IMG/VR virus record: IMGVR_UViG_2791355382_000001
Location: 64,001-93,073 of that record
DNA from: a virus
Taxonomy: Duplodnaviria > Heunggongvirae > Uroviricota > Caudoviricetes
Length of the DNA: 29,073 nt
Strand: one strand, 5' to 3'
The notes under the pieces are model-generated. The model ran no database searches, was not told the origin of the DNA, and was given only the letters and a program-made list of their open reading frames with translations. The translations under genes and the position numbers were made by a program. This document shows, in pieces, positions 10,101-16,685 of this stretch (its first letter is position 1; every line of letters starts with the position of its first letter).

Positions 10101-10682
10101 GACTATACTTTCAAGGCTAAAGACAATACTGATATTACAGTTCGTCTAAAGCATAAGTTAGATAAAGGAACAGAAACTAAGACAGTTAGTCGCATCGTTG
10201 AAATTACCTTGCCTGACGGCCAAACAAAGACAATTAAGCAAGAACAAACGCTAAAACGTAATAAGACTACAGATTTAGTTACTGGTGATGTTGTTTATGG
10301 CGAATGGTCTAAAGCTGAGTTTGACGAAGTAGTCGCACCAGAAGTAGACGGCTATAAGCCAAGTCAAGCTAAGGTTGAAAAAGAAACTGTAGATGGTAAC
10401 AGTTCAGACCAAGTTGTAAAGATAACTTACAAGAAGGTTAAATCTGATGTTAAGGTTGAAGCTAAGCCTACAACTGAATCTAAACATGAAGCTAAAGTTC
10501 AAGTAGCTCCTAAAGTTGAAGCTAATGCTAAGCCACAAGCTAAAGCACAACCTAAATTTGTAACAACTGAGTTACCACAAACTGGCGAAAAGCAAAGCAA
10601 TGGTACAACTGTTGGTGCAATCCTAGTTGGACTAGGTTCATTGTTAGGACTAGGTGCTTTAGGCAAGCGTAAAGAAAAATAG
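1104..10682 (+). CDS. Giant sortase-anchored adhesin: YSIRK signal peptide, S/T/A-rich linker, unique N-terminal region, 12 mucus-binding (MucBP/Mub-B2-like) repeats, LPQTG anchor
   Basis: MVSKNN...YGIRKLSVGVASVLISTTLYMG signal. C-terminus has LPQTG, a hydrophobic helix and KRKEK. Repeats contain the I.YVD...GKT...V and VTRTI...Y.DW...Y.VP..EGY motifs. ATG 1092 abuts the RBS, so ATG 1104 is preferred. Confidence 0.92.
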   Translation: MVSKNNLKNKMEQTAARTPHYGIRKLSVGVASVLISTTLYMGATSAKADTLPSTATDAATAKPETVSSSSSTQANATADNTAKTTVPATASSTDTSVSTTPNAQASTTNAAAGATSSDKSGANNNSLVANNVESTANTTAQAQPKPNVVTSDKANVDNQVGSNVENKATTTTDTISTPTTPKRMVRSLAAAPTTNSKELVENQDYTVSNVSLEDHKKQDNFDEDATFLHADINAKDGDVIANKEITFRFNSKEFRGFNNLKKQDLIYNDQVIGNITGVSDWNRVFKVAFNDNTRGLKDINLSLKIYLSDNPYDMRDLYTSNQAKNNEKYTVRHNYQIGSTNYYVDREATIHYVAEAQPTTQTTYQFDKPIGYYYAPGTPNGWDPLSITYYTTKDGKTYSKIDNIPKKENSYDLGFGKGFITPDTKSVTISFEPSSKYYSKDANKLKIYDNATFDEKTVTHRTQYDSNDLVAGFTDVYTTRPKDINEVSNEHTYYVKDLIKLDGNTLIATDAKTYTGFNNLSSRWENGVNGYVGSNDANYTIVSSDDLQKFVIDNAAKIIETRGEFLTSNSDFSNPGRIVAHNNTTGQDVYLDIHNNVRVYNRDVTTPPDGTILISAGKDIPTKVYSYMSTDIPSNVDKSKLTKEVTRTINVHNPNGTVDTTVQKVTYHQTVTVAGDEVIYNNDWTTADDTNWSEFDVPQIANYRASKDKVYGQWIGGVNTQNETVDITYTATQVKETVNGSWTLKYTDKMTGEEIMPATTIHAQFTRTNTPATNTYGDWTYVPNSFSQTGTHINFTGDPQKSDNFDNGNFDNFTFNLGLPAAPNSNYNQAYGNFAVTFQLRNNSDQPDAMEKTSSVPYDKVSIKQESQTRTLTEHYVYADGDKKGQKIADDAVVEIFYSREVKSINDQVVSTSEWKLDTTKGDKATPGYHVVSGTWTNLPTTWSVVSVSAPTIQGYTTDTNETENNPGHVSSLRWVYPTQSGELNDTFMPGNKHTYEYQPEHTTYYHANDQSIKINYLDDEKGGATVKSDTLNGKTDQTVKTGITIPENYSVVGTTPSEYTFKANGNTDITVHLKHVIDTTSEEKTVTRTIKVTDPTGKVTIIPQTTKVTRTVSTDKVTNQKTYGDWTTSSFDSYDVPTIEGYTASQSKVDEAIVDGNSKDSEVNISYTANDQAIKINYVDSDNNDSVVKSDTLSGKTDQTVKTGITIPEGYTIEEQVPTDYTFKASGNTDITVKLKHGTTTVTPDNPKTTADKLPDNPSKNYPSGVGQNDLNKTVTRTIKITDPTGKVTTETQTVHLTRTATVDEVTGDITYGDWTTGSFDSYDVPSVEGYTASQDKVDIATVTSDTQNSEVNITYTANPQSIKINYVDSDNNDSVVKSDTLNGKTDQTVKTGITIPDGYVIEGNVPNDYTFKASDNTDITVKLKHGTTIVTPDKPKTTGDKLPDNPAKSYPEGVGQNDLNKTVTRTIKVTDPTGKVSTTTQTVHLTRTATVDEVTGKVSYNDWSTGSFDSYDVPSVDGYTASQDKVDTDTVTSDTQNSEVNITYTANDQAIKINYVDSDNNGSLVKSDTLSGKTDQTVKTGITIPDGYVIEGNVPTDYTFKASGNTDITVKLKHGTTTVTPDNPKTTNDKLPDNPTKSYPSGVAENDLNKDVTRTIKVTDPTGKVTTETQTVHLTRTATVDEVTGDITYGDWSTGSFDSYDVPVIEGYIATQSKVDTATVTSDTQNSEVNITYTANPQSIKINYVDDDKGGTSVKSDALNGKTDETVKTGITIPENYTVVDTAPSDYTFKAKDNADITVHLKHVIDTTSEEKTITRTIKVTNPNGGVMTIPQSAKSTRTVSTDKVTGEVTYGDWSKADLDGYDVPLIEGYTASQPSVAKTTVDGSSEDNVVEINYTPNKQVISIDYVDNGKVIATQVLTGKTDQTVKTNIQSPDKDKYVLAGNNPESYTFKAKDNADIKVEVKHVINDSTESKDVTRTIVVTTPDGKETTQIQKATVSRTVHTDAVTGTKTYDEWSKATLDKYDVQVVDGYTPSLNVVERLEVDGDSKDSVVKVGYTANEQTAKIVYVDGDNGNSIVKSDTLTGKTDETVKTGVKAPDGYVIDGNVPTDYTFKASGNTDITVKLKHGTTTVTPDKPKTTSDKLPDNPSKSYPEGVAESDLNKDVTRTIKVTDPQGKVTTTTQTVHLTCTATVDEVTGKVTYGDWTTGSFNSYDVPSVEGYTASQDKVDTDKVTSDSTNSEVNISYTANNQTAKVVYVDEDNGGSTVKTDILNGKTDETVKTGVKIPDGYVVDGQVPADYTFKAKDNADVTVKLKHGTTIVTPDKPKTTNDKLPDNPTKSYPSGVAENDLNKDVTRTIKVTDPTGKVTTETQTVHLTRTATVDEVTGKVSYDDWSTGSFDSYDVPSVDGYTASQVKVDETKVTSDSTNNEVNITYTANPQSIKINYVDDDKGGTTVKSDTLNGKTNETVKTGITIPDGYEVEGQVPADYMFKAKDNADITVHLKHEIKTEADYKNVLRTIKVTLPNGKSESLVQVATLSREVKTDKVTNNVSYGSWSSDKFTSYKLPSIEGYTPSLDVVNEAKVDGNTEDSTVEVNYTANKQSAKVVYVDNGKVVATQTLAGKTDQTVKTNIQSPDKDKYVVVGNNPENYTFKAKNNEDIRVEVKHVVNTFKDYKNVIRSIEVTYPNGKTEKLDQVATLERTVHKDAVTGEETYSDWSTENWDSFTAPAINGYTADKDVKETVVTGNTTETTVNIAYIPNGQSINVVYVDDDREKATVDSYILAGKTDETVKTGIKIPDGYTVEGSVPDSYTFKADGNSDITIHLKHNTVTVIPEKPKTTEDKLPNNPSKSYPKGVAENDLNKTVVRTIKVTTPDGKTTTTKQTVKLNRVAVVDEVTGQVTYSKWSIGELDRYDVPSIEGYTPSQDRVNMEVATSETKDSVVEISYTPNGQSINITYVDDDKGKTTVDSYILAGKTDETVKTGIKIPDGYEVEGQVPTDYTFKAKDNTDITVRLKHKLDKGTETKTVSRIVEITLPDGQTKTIKQEQTLKRNKTTDLVTGDVVYGEWSKAEFDEVVAPEVDGYKPSQAKVEKETVDGNSSDQVVKITYKKVKSDVKVEAKPTTESKHEAKVQVAPKVEANAKPQAKAQPKFVTTELPQTGEKQSNGTTVGAILVGLGSLLGLGALGKRKEK
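4125..10430 (+). repeat. 12 tandem intragenic repeats of two length classes (480-486 bp and 567 bp)
   Basis: Repeat starts at 4125, 4611, 5178, 5745, 6312, 6798, 7281, 7848, 8415, 8901, 9381 and 9948, giving the order S-L-L-L-S-S-L-L-S-S-L-S. Long units carry an extra TVTPD.PKTT.DKLPDNP.K.YP.GV..NDL insert. Confidence 0.9.
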
Positions 10683-10695
10683 TTAATCGCTGTTG

Positions 10696-10724
10696 AAGAT
10701 AGGTAGAAATACCTATCTTTTTTT
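10696..10724 (+). terminator. Rho-independent terminator of the adhesin gene
   Basis: Perfect stem AAGATAGGTA-GAAA-TACCTATCTT followed by TTTTT. Confidence 0.9.
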
Positions 10725-10745
10725 GCATAATAAAAAGCCCTCGCA

Positions 10746-10774
10746 TTGTATTGCAAAGAATTTCATGGTATAAT
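10746..10774 (+). promoter_or_regulatory. Sigma70-type promoter with extended -10
   Basis: TTGTAT (10746-10751), 17-bp spacer, TG-n-TATAAT (10769-10774). Confidence 0.8.
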
Positions 10775-10780
10775 TATATT

Positions 10781-10901
10781 AACCTGTTGAGGGGTCGTGG
10801 GTGACTGGTTATGCCAGTGAATACTCCTCGTACAATGCTTAAATAAAGCGATAAGTACCGTAAATATTTACATTTTTGTATTTATTTGCGGTACTTTTTT
10901 T
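10781..10901 (+). ncRNA. Candidate small RNA or attenuated 5' leader
   Basis: Starts just after the promoter. Hairpin GAGGGGT/ACTCCTC encloses ACTGG/CCAGT; small GCTT/AAGC hairpin; then a 14-bp terminator stem (10853-10866 with 10883-10896) and a T7 tract. Confidence 0.55.
10853..10901 (+). terminator. Rho-independent terminator upstream of the 1452-aa gene
   Basis: AAGTACCGTAAATA / TATTTGCGGTACTT (one G-U), with a TTTTTTT tract at 10895-10901. Confidence 0.8.
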
Positions 10902-10944
10902 GCGTACAAAAACAGGTAAATATTTCGGAAAGAAGTGATTTATC

Positions 10945-13900
10945 ATGACTTTATACGTAGGTAAGATTAGCCATGCTGGAACAGGTAAAGGACATCGCAC
11001 AGGCGAACTACGTGAAACAGAAGGTGTAACTGATAGTCAAACATTTGCAAGTATTTTTGGTGCTAGAGGACGTACAAACAGCTATTCAAGCAATAACAAA
11101 GTTTCAATGATTGAAATCTTTGGTGATAGCTATAACATCTACGTTGATCCAACAGAATTAACTAGAGCTGATGATTTAGCTTTCGTTAAGGCTCATGTAA
11201 GCAGTATTAGTAACTGGAACGCTTTAAGTAATTACATGGAAAAATATTATCCTAACGAAGCTCAAATTACTTTAAACAAGTACGCTAGAAACGTTAATTT
11301 TGATGGTTTAACAAACAAAGCACGACAAGAAGTAGTACGCTTATATTTAGGTGTAGGCGATGAAAAACAACTTAAAGAAATGCTTGAAAACGATGATGAA
11401 GAAACAATCTTCAAAGATATGGTTGCTCGTGCTATTAAAAATCAAGGTAAAAAGACCTTTACTACAACTTTAGGTGGTATTGAGTTTATAGCAACTGTAG
11501 CGGTCAAAAATGTTTCAGTTCGTACTAAAGATTCAGCAGTAAAAGTTGTTTATACAATCAGAGGTGTTGAAGCTCAAGGTAGTGCATCATACGCAGGCAA
11601 AGCTGCTGATAAAAAAGTATTTTCAGCCATAAAGAAATACGGAATGAATTTCTTCAAGGACATAAATGACAGTGATGATTTAACCTTTGTATATAACTTT
11701 GATGAAATTCAAAGCAAAGAAGTAAGAGTATATCAAATAACTTCTGAAACAGCAGCTAACTTTGCATCAATTATCGCTATGATTAATGACAAGTTAGCTA
11801 AAGTTAGTGCAGAAGATATAGGAATTGATGAATTAAGCGATTATTCAAGAGCTACAACAATCAAGAAATTATTTGGTGAATTAGGTATTTCACTAAGCGG
11901 TGGAAGCAAGGCCTTCTTAGACGATGATGACTTACGCTTGTATGCTAATAAAGAAATCACATCAAACGAAATCTTAGCTCGATATAACGCTGAATTTGCT
12001 GATATAATCAAGAAACTATTGCTTGTACGTTTTGAAGATAACAATGTCGCTTTTGATGTTTACGCACAAAGAGCAGTTGAAAATGTTAGTGATGATTTAC
12101 GTGGTATTAACCCAAACGAAATCTTAAAAGATGCTGAAAACATCGCTCATGATGTGGTTGATAAATACCGTGATGGCATTGCAGGTCAAGCAGACGCATC
12201 TAACTTATTAAGCCTATATCGCTACAACAATTCAACTCACGATAAAGCAATCATTGATGAATTATCTAAGAATTTGCTTAGAGTTGAAAGCGACAAGCAA
12301 GCTGATAACAAAGACAATAACGAATTGTTCTCACTTGTAAGTGGGGTAGTTGTTTCTCGTTTAGACAAACTTTCAGACGATGTTTGGAAGGAATTTTTAG
12401 CAGAAAACTTAATCGACAGTGAAAGTGCTTATGCTAAAACAATGGATTTAAAGACTAAATTCATTACTGAAAAGACAAACTCATTAACTGGATCAATCAT
12501 GGCACAAGCTACAGACATTAATGAAAACAACGTTGATGATGTGGTTAGAAGTTACCTTGATTCCCACCGTGCAGTTATCAGTCAATACTACGAAGAACAT
12601 TTCCCATTTGCTTTATTGTTAGAAGAAGTAAAGACAGAGTTATTACAAGAAGTTGTTCAAACCGAACCATACAATAAAGTTAACGTTCGTTACTGGCAAG
12701 AAGAAGTTTCTAAATTAGCTGACTGGCAAAAGGCTAAGGTTTACCAAAAGGATTTGGATAAGTTCATTGCTGAAAGAACTCCAGACTGGAAAGAACAATT
12801 AGACAAGCAAGATCGAAACGAACTATTGCAAGAACGTTGGCATGACTTAAAGCAAGAACTAGAAAAAGATAAGTATTCATTTAACATCTTTAACAAAGTT
12901 ACTCAACAAAGTTATGGCTTTGATTTTGACCTTTTGAATGATGATTTCTTCGCTAGATTCTTGCAAAAAGGTGAAGCAATTATTTCTGATTTTATTGAAG
13001 AAAAAGCTAAGGAAATTTACGACAACGCTAATAGCAATCAAGGACAAAGTATTCCTGAAACACCAGCCATTGCTGCATTAATGATTTACCAAAGCCACCA
13101 ATCAGAGTTAATCGAACGAGTGAAGAAAGCTACTCTTGATTCTGCTGAATGGAACGGTGAAATAGAGTCTATAATTGCTAGTCTTGCAAGTTTCTTTAAG
13201 AATAATAAACAATTTGTTCTTGATAACATCAAGCGTAGTAGATTTATGACTCTTTCATTTGATGACTTGACAGAAATTTTGCATGATCTATGGAAGGATC
13301 AAAAAGATGATTACGATTATGTAGAAGACGAGTCAATTGACATTGAATTATTAGCCGATCGAGTAATGGAAGGACAAGCTACTCTTACTTATCCAAAAGA
13401 TGACAACTTTACCGATACTTATGGTTTAGACGATGTCAAAAGAGTAATTGAAGCAAACAAAGAAGCCTTTACTAAGTCTAAAGATAAGACAACAACATTC
13501 TTTGAATTAGTTGCTGATGAACACGAAGAAAGACGTATGGCTAGAGTTCGTATAGTAAAAGACGTTTTAAATAATTCATTACCAAGTAGGGTAACTGATT
13601 ATAGCGATGTTTACGATAAACTGTTAGAAACAGCTAAAGAACGTGGTTATGATCCTAGCAATCAAGAACATGTTGAAATGCTTAAGAAGTTTTTACTTAG
13701 TGTTGAACCAAACCTATCAAATGCTAAGGATCTTTTTGAAGATGAATACGTTGAAAGAGAATTAAGCAGTGATGCTAATGAGTTTGCAAGATTACTTATG
13801 ACTGACTCTCACTTTGATATGCACTTAAAGCAAGCAATAAACACAATGCCTTACTTTGAAGACAACGTAGTAAACGAAAGTGATGTAGTTGAGTATTTAA

Positions 13901-15303
13901 AGAATCCAGAAATGTCAATTCCTGAAATTTCACAAAAGATTACTTATGGTTTGAATGGTAAAGACTTATCTAGGGTAGCTAACTTGTATCGAACAGGTAA
14001 TGCTACTGAGAAACAAAGAGTACTTGATTTACTTGAAGATATAAACTTCCATAGTGAAAGATTCCAACTTGAAACAGAAGATTACACAGCAGAAGATATT
14101 GCTGATAGGATTCCAGCGTTAGACCATACGTTTATGTATGTTTCAGATGATAACAAGCCAAAAGAAGTCGATAGAGCTACCGTACTTAAGATAATCAATA
14201 AACACTTCGTCGAATTTAAGCAAGCTTTATATCAACGCAAACAATCAGACTTACTAATTAACTTGTTACTACTTCAAGACAACGATGCTGACTTAAATGA
14301 TTTAGAGTCAATTGTAGATGAAATCATGCAAGGACAAGTTAGAATTGAATACACTGAAAAAGGGCTAACAACTTACTATTATCAAAATGAGGTAACAAAC
14401 TTTGTAGCTAACAATTATAAAGCATTTGCTGATGCAAAAGATAAACGTGAATTGTTCTTTGCCTTAAAGAAAGATGACTTTGAAGAAAAACTTTTGGATA
14501 GAAAAGAAGAAATAAGATCTCATTTAGCTAACTTCTTCCCAGATGGTAATAGCTTTGATCTTAGAATTGAAAACTACGTTCGCCGTAAAGCAGAAGAAAA
14601 AGGGTATAAGCCAGATATAATTAAGGAATATCGCAAGTTCATGGACTATTGCGGACACTTGTTACCAGTTGTAAATAATGCTCAAAAAGAATTTGCTAAA
14701 ACTTACGACAATGTTTTTGTTGATGATGTTGAAGATACATTCTTAAACGACTTTATCAACAGTTCAGAGTTTGAAAATGCCTTTAACTCAGTGCCAATGC
14801 CACAATGGGTAACAGATGAAGAAGTAAGCAATAAAGGTGCTTTGCTTAAAGCAGCTCATGCAAGCTTTGAAACATTTGCTAATGGTGTTATTGATGAAAA
14901 CAGTATGGGCTTTGATTATTCATTTAACGTAATGTTGAACAAAGCTAAGATGGATCAATGGATTGATGCTAATGCTGATAGCTTGTACGAAGATTTTGTT
15001 GACGCTAAAAAAGAAGATTCTGCCTTAACTTTTGAAGAATATCTAAAAGAAGTTGATTTCAACAAAGTAGTTGTTGGTAATTTTGACGCTGGTGCTGCCA
15101 AAGATACATGGGTTCAAAAATTCATGGATAAAGCCTCTAGCTTAGGTCATTCTAGCATTGAATGTGTACGTGTAGCTAAAGAAATGACAGACTTAGAATT
15201 ATGGTCATTTGCTTCAGCTGAAATAAAGAACTCAAGTGATTCAACCGTTGAACAAATCTTTGAAAAACACCCATTCGAGCCTGAAATAACTGTAATTCAA
15301 TAG
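10945..15303 (+). CDS. Large acidic hypothetical protein (1452 aa) with an internal ~320-aa duplication
   Basis: RBS AAAGAAGTGA. No signal peptide, TM segment or recognisable enzyme motif. Internal repeat ELLADRVMEGQ... / ESIVDEIMQGQ...; C-terminus is homologous to the next ORF. Confidence 0.85.
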   Translation: MTLYVGKISHAGTGKGHRTGELRETEGVTDSQTFASIFGARGRTNSYSSNNKVSMIEIFGDSYNIYVDPTELTRADDLAFVKAHVSSISNWNALSNYMEKYYPNEAQITLNKYARNVNFDGLTNKARQEVVRLYLGVGDEKQLKEMLENDDEETIFKDMVARAIKNQGKKTFTTTLGGIEFIATVAVKNVSVRTKDSAVKVVYTIRGVEAQGSASYAGKAADKKVFSAIKKYGMNFFKDINDSDDLTFVYNFDEIQSKEVRVYQITSETAANFASIIAMINDKLAKVSAEDIGIDELSDYSRATTIKKLFGELGISLSGGSKAFLDDDDLRLYANKEITSNEILARYNAEFADIIKKLLLVRFEDNNVAFDVYAQRAVENVSDDLRGINPNEILKDAENIAHDVVDKYRDGIAGQADASNLLSLYRYNNSTHDKAIIDELSKNLLRVESDKQADNKDNNELFSLVSGVVVSRLDKLSDDVWKEFLAENLIDSESAYAKTMDLKTKFITEKTNSLTGSIMAQATDINENNVDDVVRSYLDSHRAVISQYYEEHFPFALLLEEVKTELLQEVVQTEPYNKVNVRYWQEEVSKLADWQKAKVYQKDLDKFIAERTPDWKEQLDKQDRNELLQERWHDLKQELEKDKYSFNIFNKVTQQSYGFDFDLLNDDFFARFLQKGEAIISDFIEEKAKEIYDNANSNQGQSIPETPAIAALMIYQSHQSELIERVKKATLDSAEWNGEIESIIASLASFFKNNKQFVLDNIKRSRFMTLSFDDLTEILHDLWKDQKDDYDYVEDESIDIELLADRVMEGQATLTYPKDDNFTDTYGLDDVKRVIEANKEAFTKSKDKTTTFFELVADEHEERRMARVRIVKDVLNNSLPSRVTDYSDVYDKLLETAKERGYDPSNQEHVEMLKKFLLSVEPNLSNAKDLFEDEYVERELSSDANEFARLLMTDSHFDMHLKQAINTMPYFEDNVVNESDVVEYLKNPEMSIPEISQKITYGLNGKDLSRVANLYRTGNATEKQRVLDLLEDINFHSERFQLETEDYTAEDIADRIPALDHTFMYVSDDNKPKEVDRATVLKIINKHFVEFKQALYQRKQSDLLINLLLLQDNDADLNDLESIVDEIMQGQVRIEYTEKGLTTYYYQNEVTNFVANNYKAFADAKDKRELFFALKKDDFEEKLLDRKEEIRSHLANFFPDGNSFDLRIENYVRRKAEEKGYKPDIIKEYRKFMDYCGHLLPVVNNAQKEFAKTYDNVFVDDVEDTFLNDFINSSEFENAFNSVPMPQWVTDEEVSNKGALLKAAHASFETFANGVIDENSMGFDYSFNVMLNKAKMDQWIDANADSLYEDFVDAKKEDSALTFEEYLKEVDFNKVVVGNFDAGAAKDTWVQKFMDKASSLGHSSIECVRVAKEMTDLELWSFASAEIKNSSDSTVEQIFEKHPFEPEITVIQ

Positions 15304-15322
15304 CAAGAAAGGACTGTATGCG

Positions 15323-16624
15323 ATGATCAAAGATCAAAACATGATTAATGCACTTAAGGACGCAACCGCAAATTATGCAGAAAATGATTTGGTTTTACAA
15401 AGCATTGATAACTATTTAAAAGAGCTTGGTTGCAACGATATTAGCTACTATGATAATTACGTTAAAGCTAATAAGTTTAAAAAAGAGTGTATTCAAGCCT
15501 TAAAACCTGCAGTTAGTGAGTTTTATGACATTTACGTTAACCAATATGATGATGCAAACTTTGCAGGTCAAGACGTAGAAAAAAGCTTTTTTAATAACTT
15601 TACGGTAAGCTATCAATTTTGGAATCAAGTCAACAGCGTGCCTGTACCTGATTTTTCCAACCGTGATATGATCGAAAACCAAAAGGTAGCTAGAGATGTT
15701 TTCAAAAAGGCTGGCAGTGAGTATATTGGTAGTTTCGTTGAAACTGTAAGCAAAGATCAAAATTCACTTTTGACAGCTACGGTTGCACAAAGTTTTGCTC
15801 AACGCTGGATTGATGATAATTTTGATGGTTTTTATCAAGACTACTTAGATACAGCTAAGGCTAAGCCTAATTATCACGTTGAAGATTACTTCATGGAAAA
15901 CATCGACAGGACTATTTATCCACTCTTTAGAAGAGCTTTTGAAGGCAAGCAAGAAGAAGAAAAAAACAAGCTTCTTGAACGCTTAAAGCAAGACTTGTCT
16001 TACATGGGCTATCCTAACAGTGATGTTAACCAAGTGATAAGCAAGGCTAACAATAACGCAAACATCTTAAATGTGTATGTTGAATACGATGCTGAAACTG
16101 TGTTAGAAACGTTTTTTGAAGATCTTGTTAAAGGTCAAAAAGAACTAACAGAAAACGTGTTAGAAGACATCAAAGAAGGTGGCTTTTACGTTCACGTTCA
16201 AAGTTACCTTAAGAGTAAATTAAACAAAGTCGTTGAGCTAAGCAAGGGCTATCCACAAGCATACAATGTGATACGTAATCGTGCCAGCATGGAAAACTTC
16301 GTTGATAGCAAGATGTCTGAAATGTACGCTGACTTTAAGGACTACTTAAAAGATAACCCTGACGCAAGCTTTGATGATTATCTAAATGAAATAGATTTAA
16401 TCAACTTGATTTTATCCTTGTATGACGCTGGTAAAGCTCGTGAGTATTACTTAAACAGATTTGTTGATACAGCTAGAGATTACGGTTATAGCAATGATGA
16501 TATTAACGCTGTACTTAGAAATGTCGTAGCTAAATACGAAAGTGAGTTATACAACTTTGCTAAACTAGGCGATCAAATGGTTGAAAGAATTTTTGATAGA
16601 TATTTAGAAGAACAAATGATGTAA
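15323..16624 (+). CDS. Acidic hypothetical protein (433 aa), paralog of the C-terminal part of the 1452-aa protein
   Basis: RBS AAGAAAGGA. DVEKSFFNNFTVSYQFWNQVNSVPVPDF aligns with DVEDTFLNDFINSSEFENAFNSVPMPQW of the 1452-aa protein. Confidence 0.85.
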   Translation: MIKDQNMINALKDATANYAENDLVLQSIDNYLKELGCNDISYYDNYVKANKFKKECIQALKPAVSEFYDIYVNQYDDANFAGQDVEKSFFNNFTVSYQFWNQVNSVPVPDFSNRDMIENQKVARDVFKKAGSEYIGSFVETVSKDQNSLLTATVAQSFAQRWIDDNFDGFYQDYLDTAKAKPNYHVEDYFMENIDRTIYPLFRRAFEGKQEEEKNKLLERLKQDLSYMGYPNSDVNQVISKANNNANILNVYVEYDAETVLETFFEDLVKGQKELTENVLEDIKEGGFYVHVQSYLKSKLNKVVELSKGYPQAYNVIRNRASMENFVDSKMSEMYADFKDYLKDNPDASFDDYLNEIDLINLILSLYDAGKAREYYLNRFVDTARDYGYSNDDINAVLRNVVAKYESELYNFAKLGDQMVERIFDRYLEEQMM

Positions 16625-16630
16625 AAGATT

Positions 16631-16666
16631 AATGGCGGTGGGACAAGGTTGTAACATCGCCATTTT
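16631..16666 (+). terminator. Intergenic hairpin (weak terminator or processing/stabilising stem)
   Basis: AATGGCGGTG / CATCGCCATT 10-bp stem with only a short T tail. Confidence 0.5.
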
Positions 16667-16685
16667 CAGAAAGGATATGATAGTT

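Noticed and set aside
4125-10430. CRISPR array or DGR template/variable repeats
   Set aside because: The repeats are in-frame 480-567-bp protein domains without spacers; differences are not adenine-specific and no RT or cas genes are present.
10499-10756. Minus-strand ORFs overlapping the adhesin end as possible type I toxin for the sRNA
   Set aside because: They overlap the LPQTG region and terminator, lack an RBS and do not look like a single-TM toxin.
10791-10830. GGGTCGTG..GTGACTGG resemblance to the ZTP (pfl) riboswitch, and GGGGTCGT resemblance to a tmRNA 5' end
   Set aside because: The ZTP 3' pseudoknot element (GCCGACCGYCTGGGC-like) is absent; no GGATTCGAC, tag ORF or tRNA-like 3' end for tmRNA.
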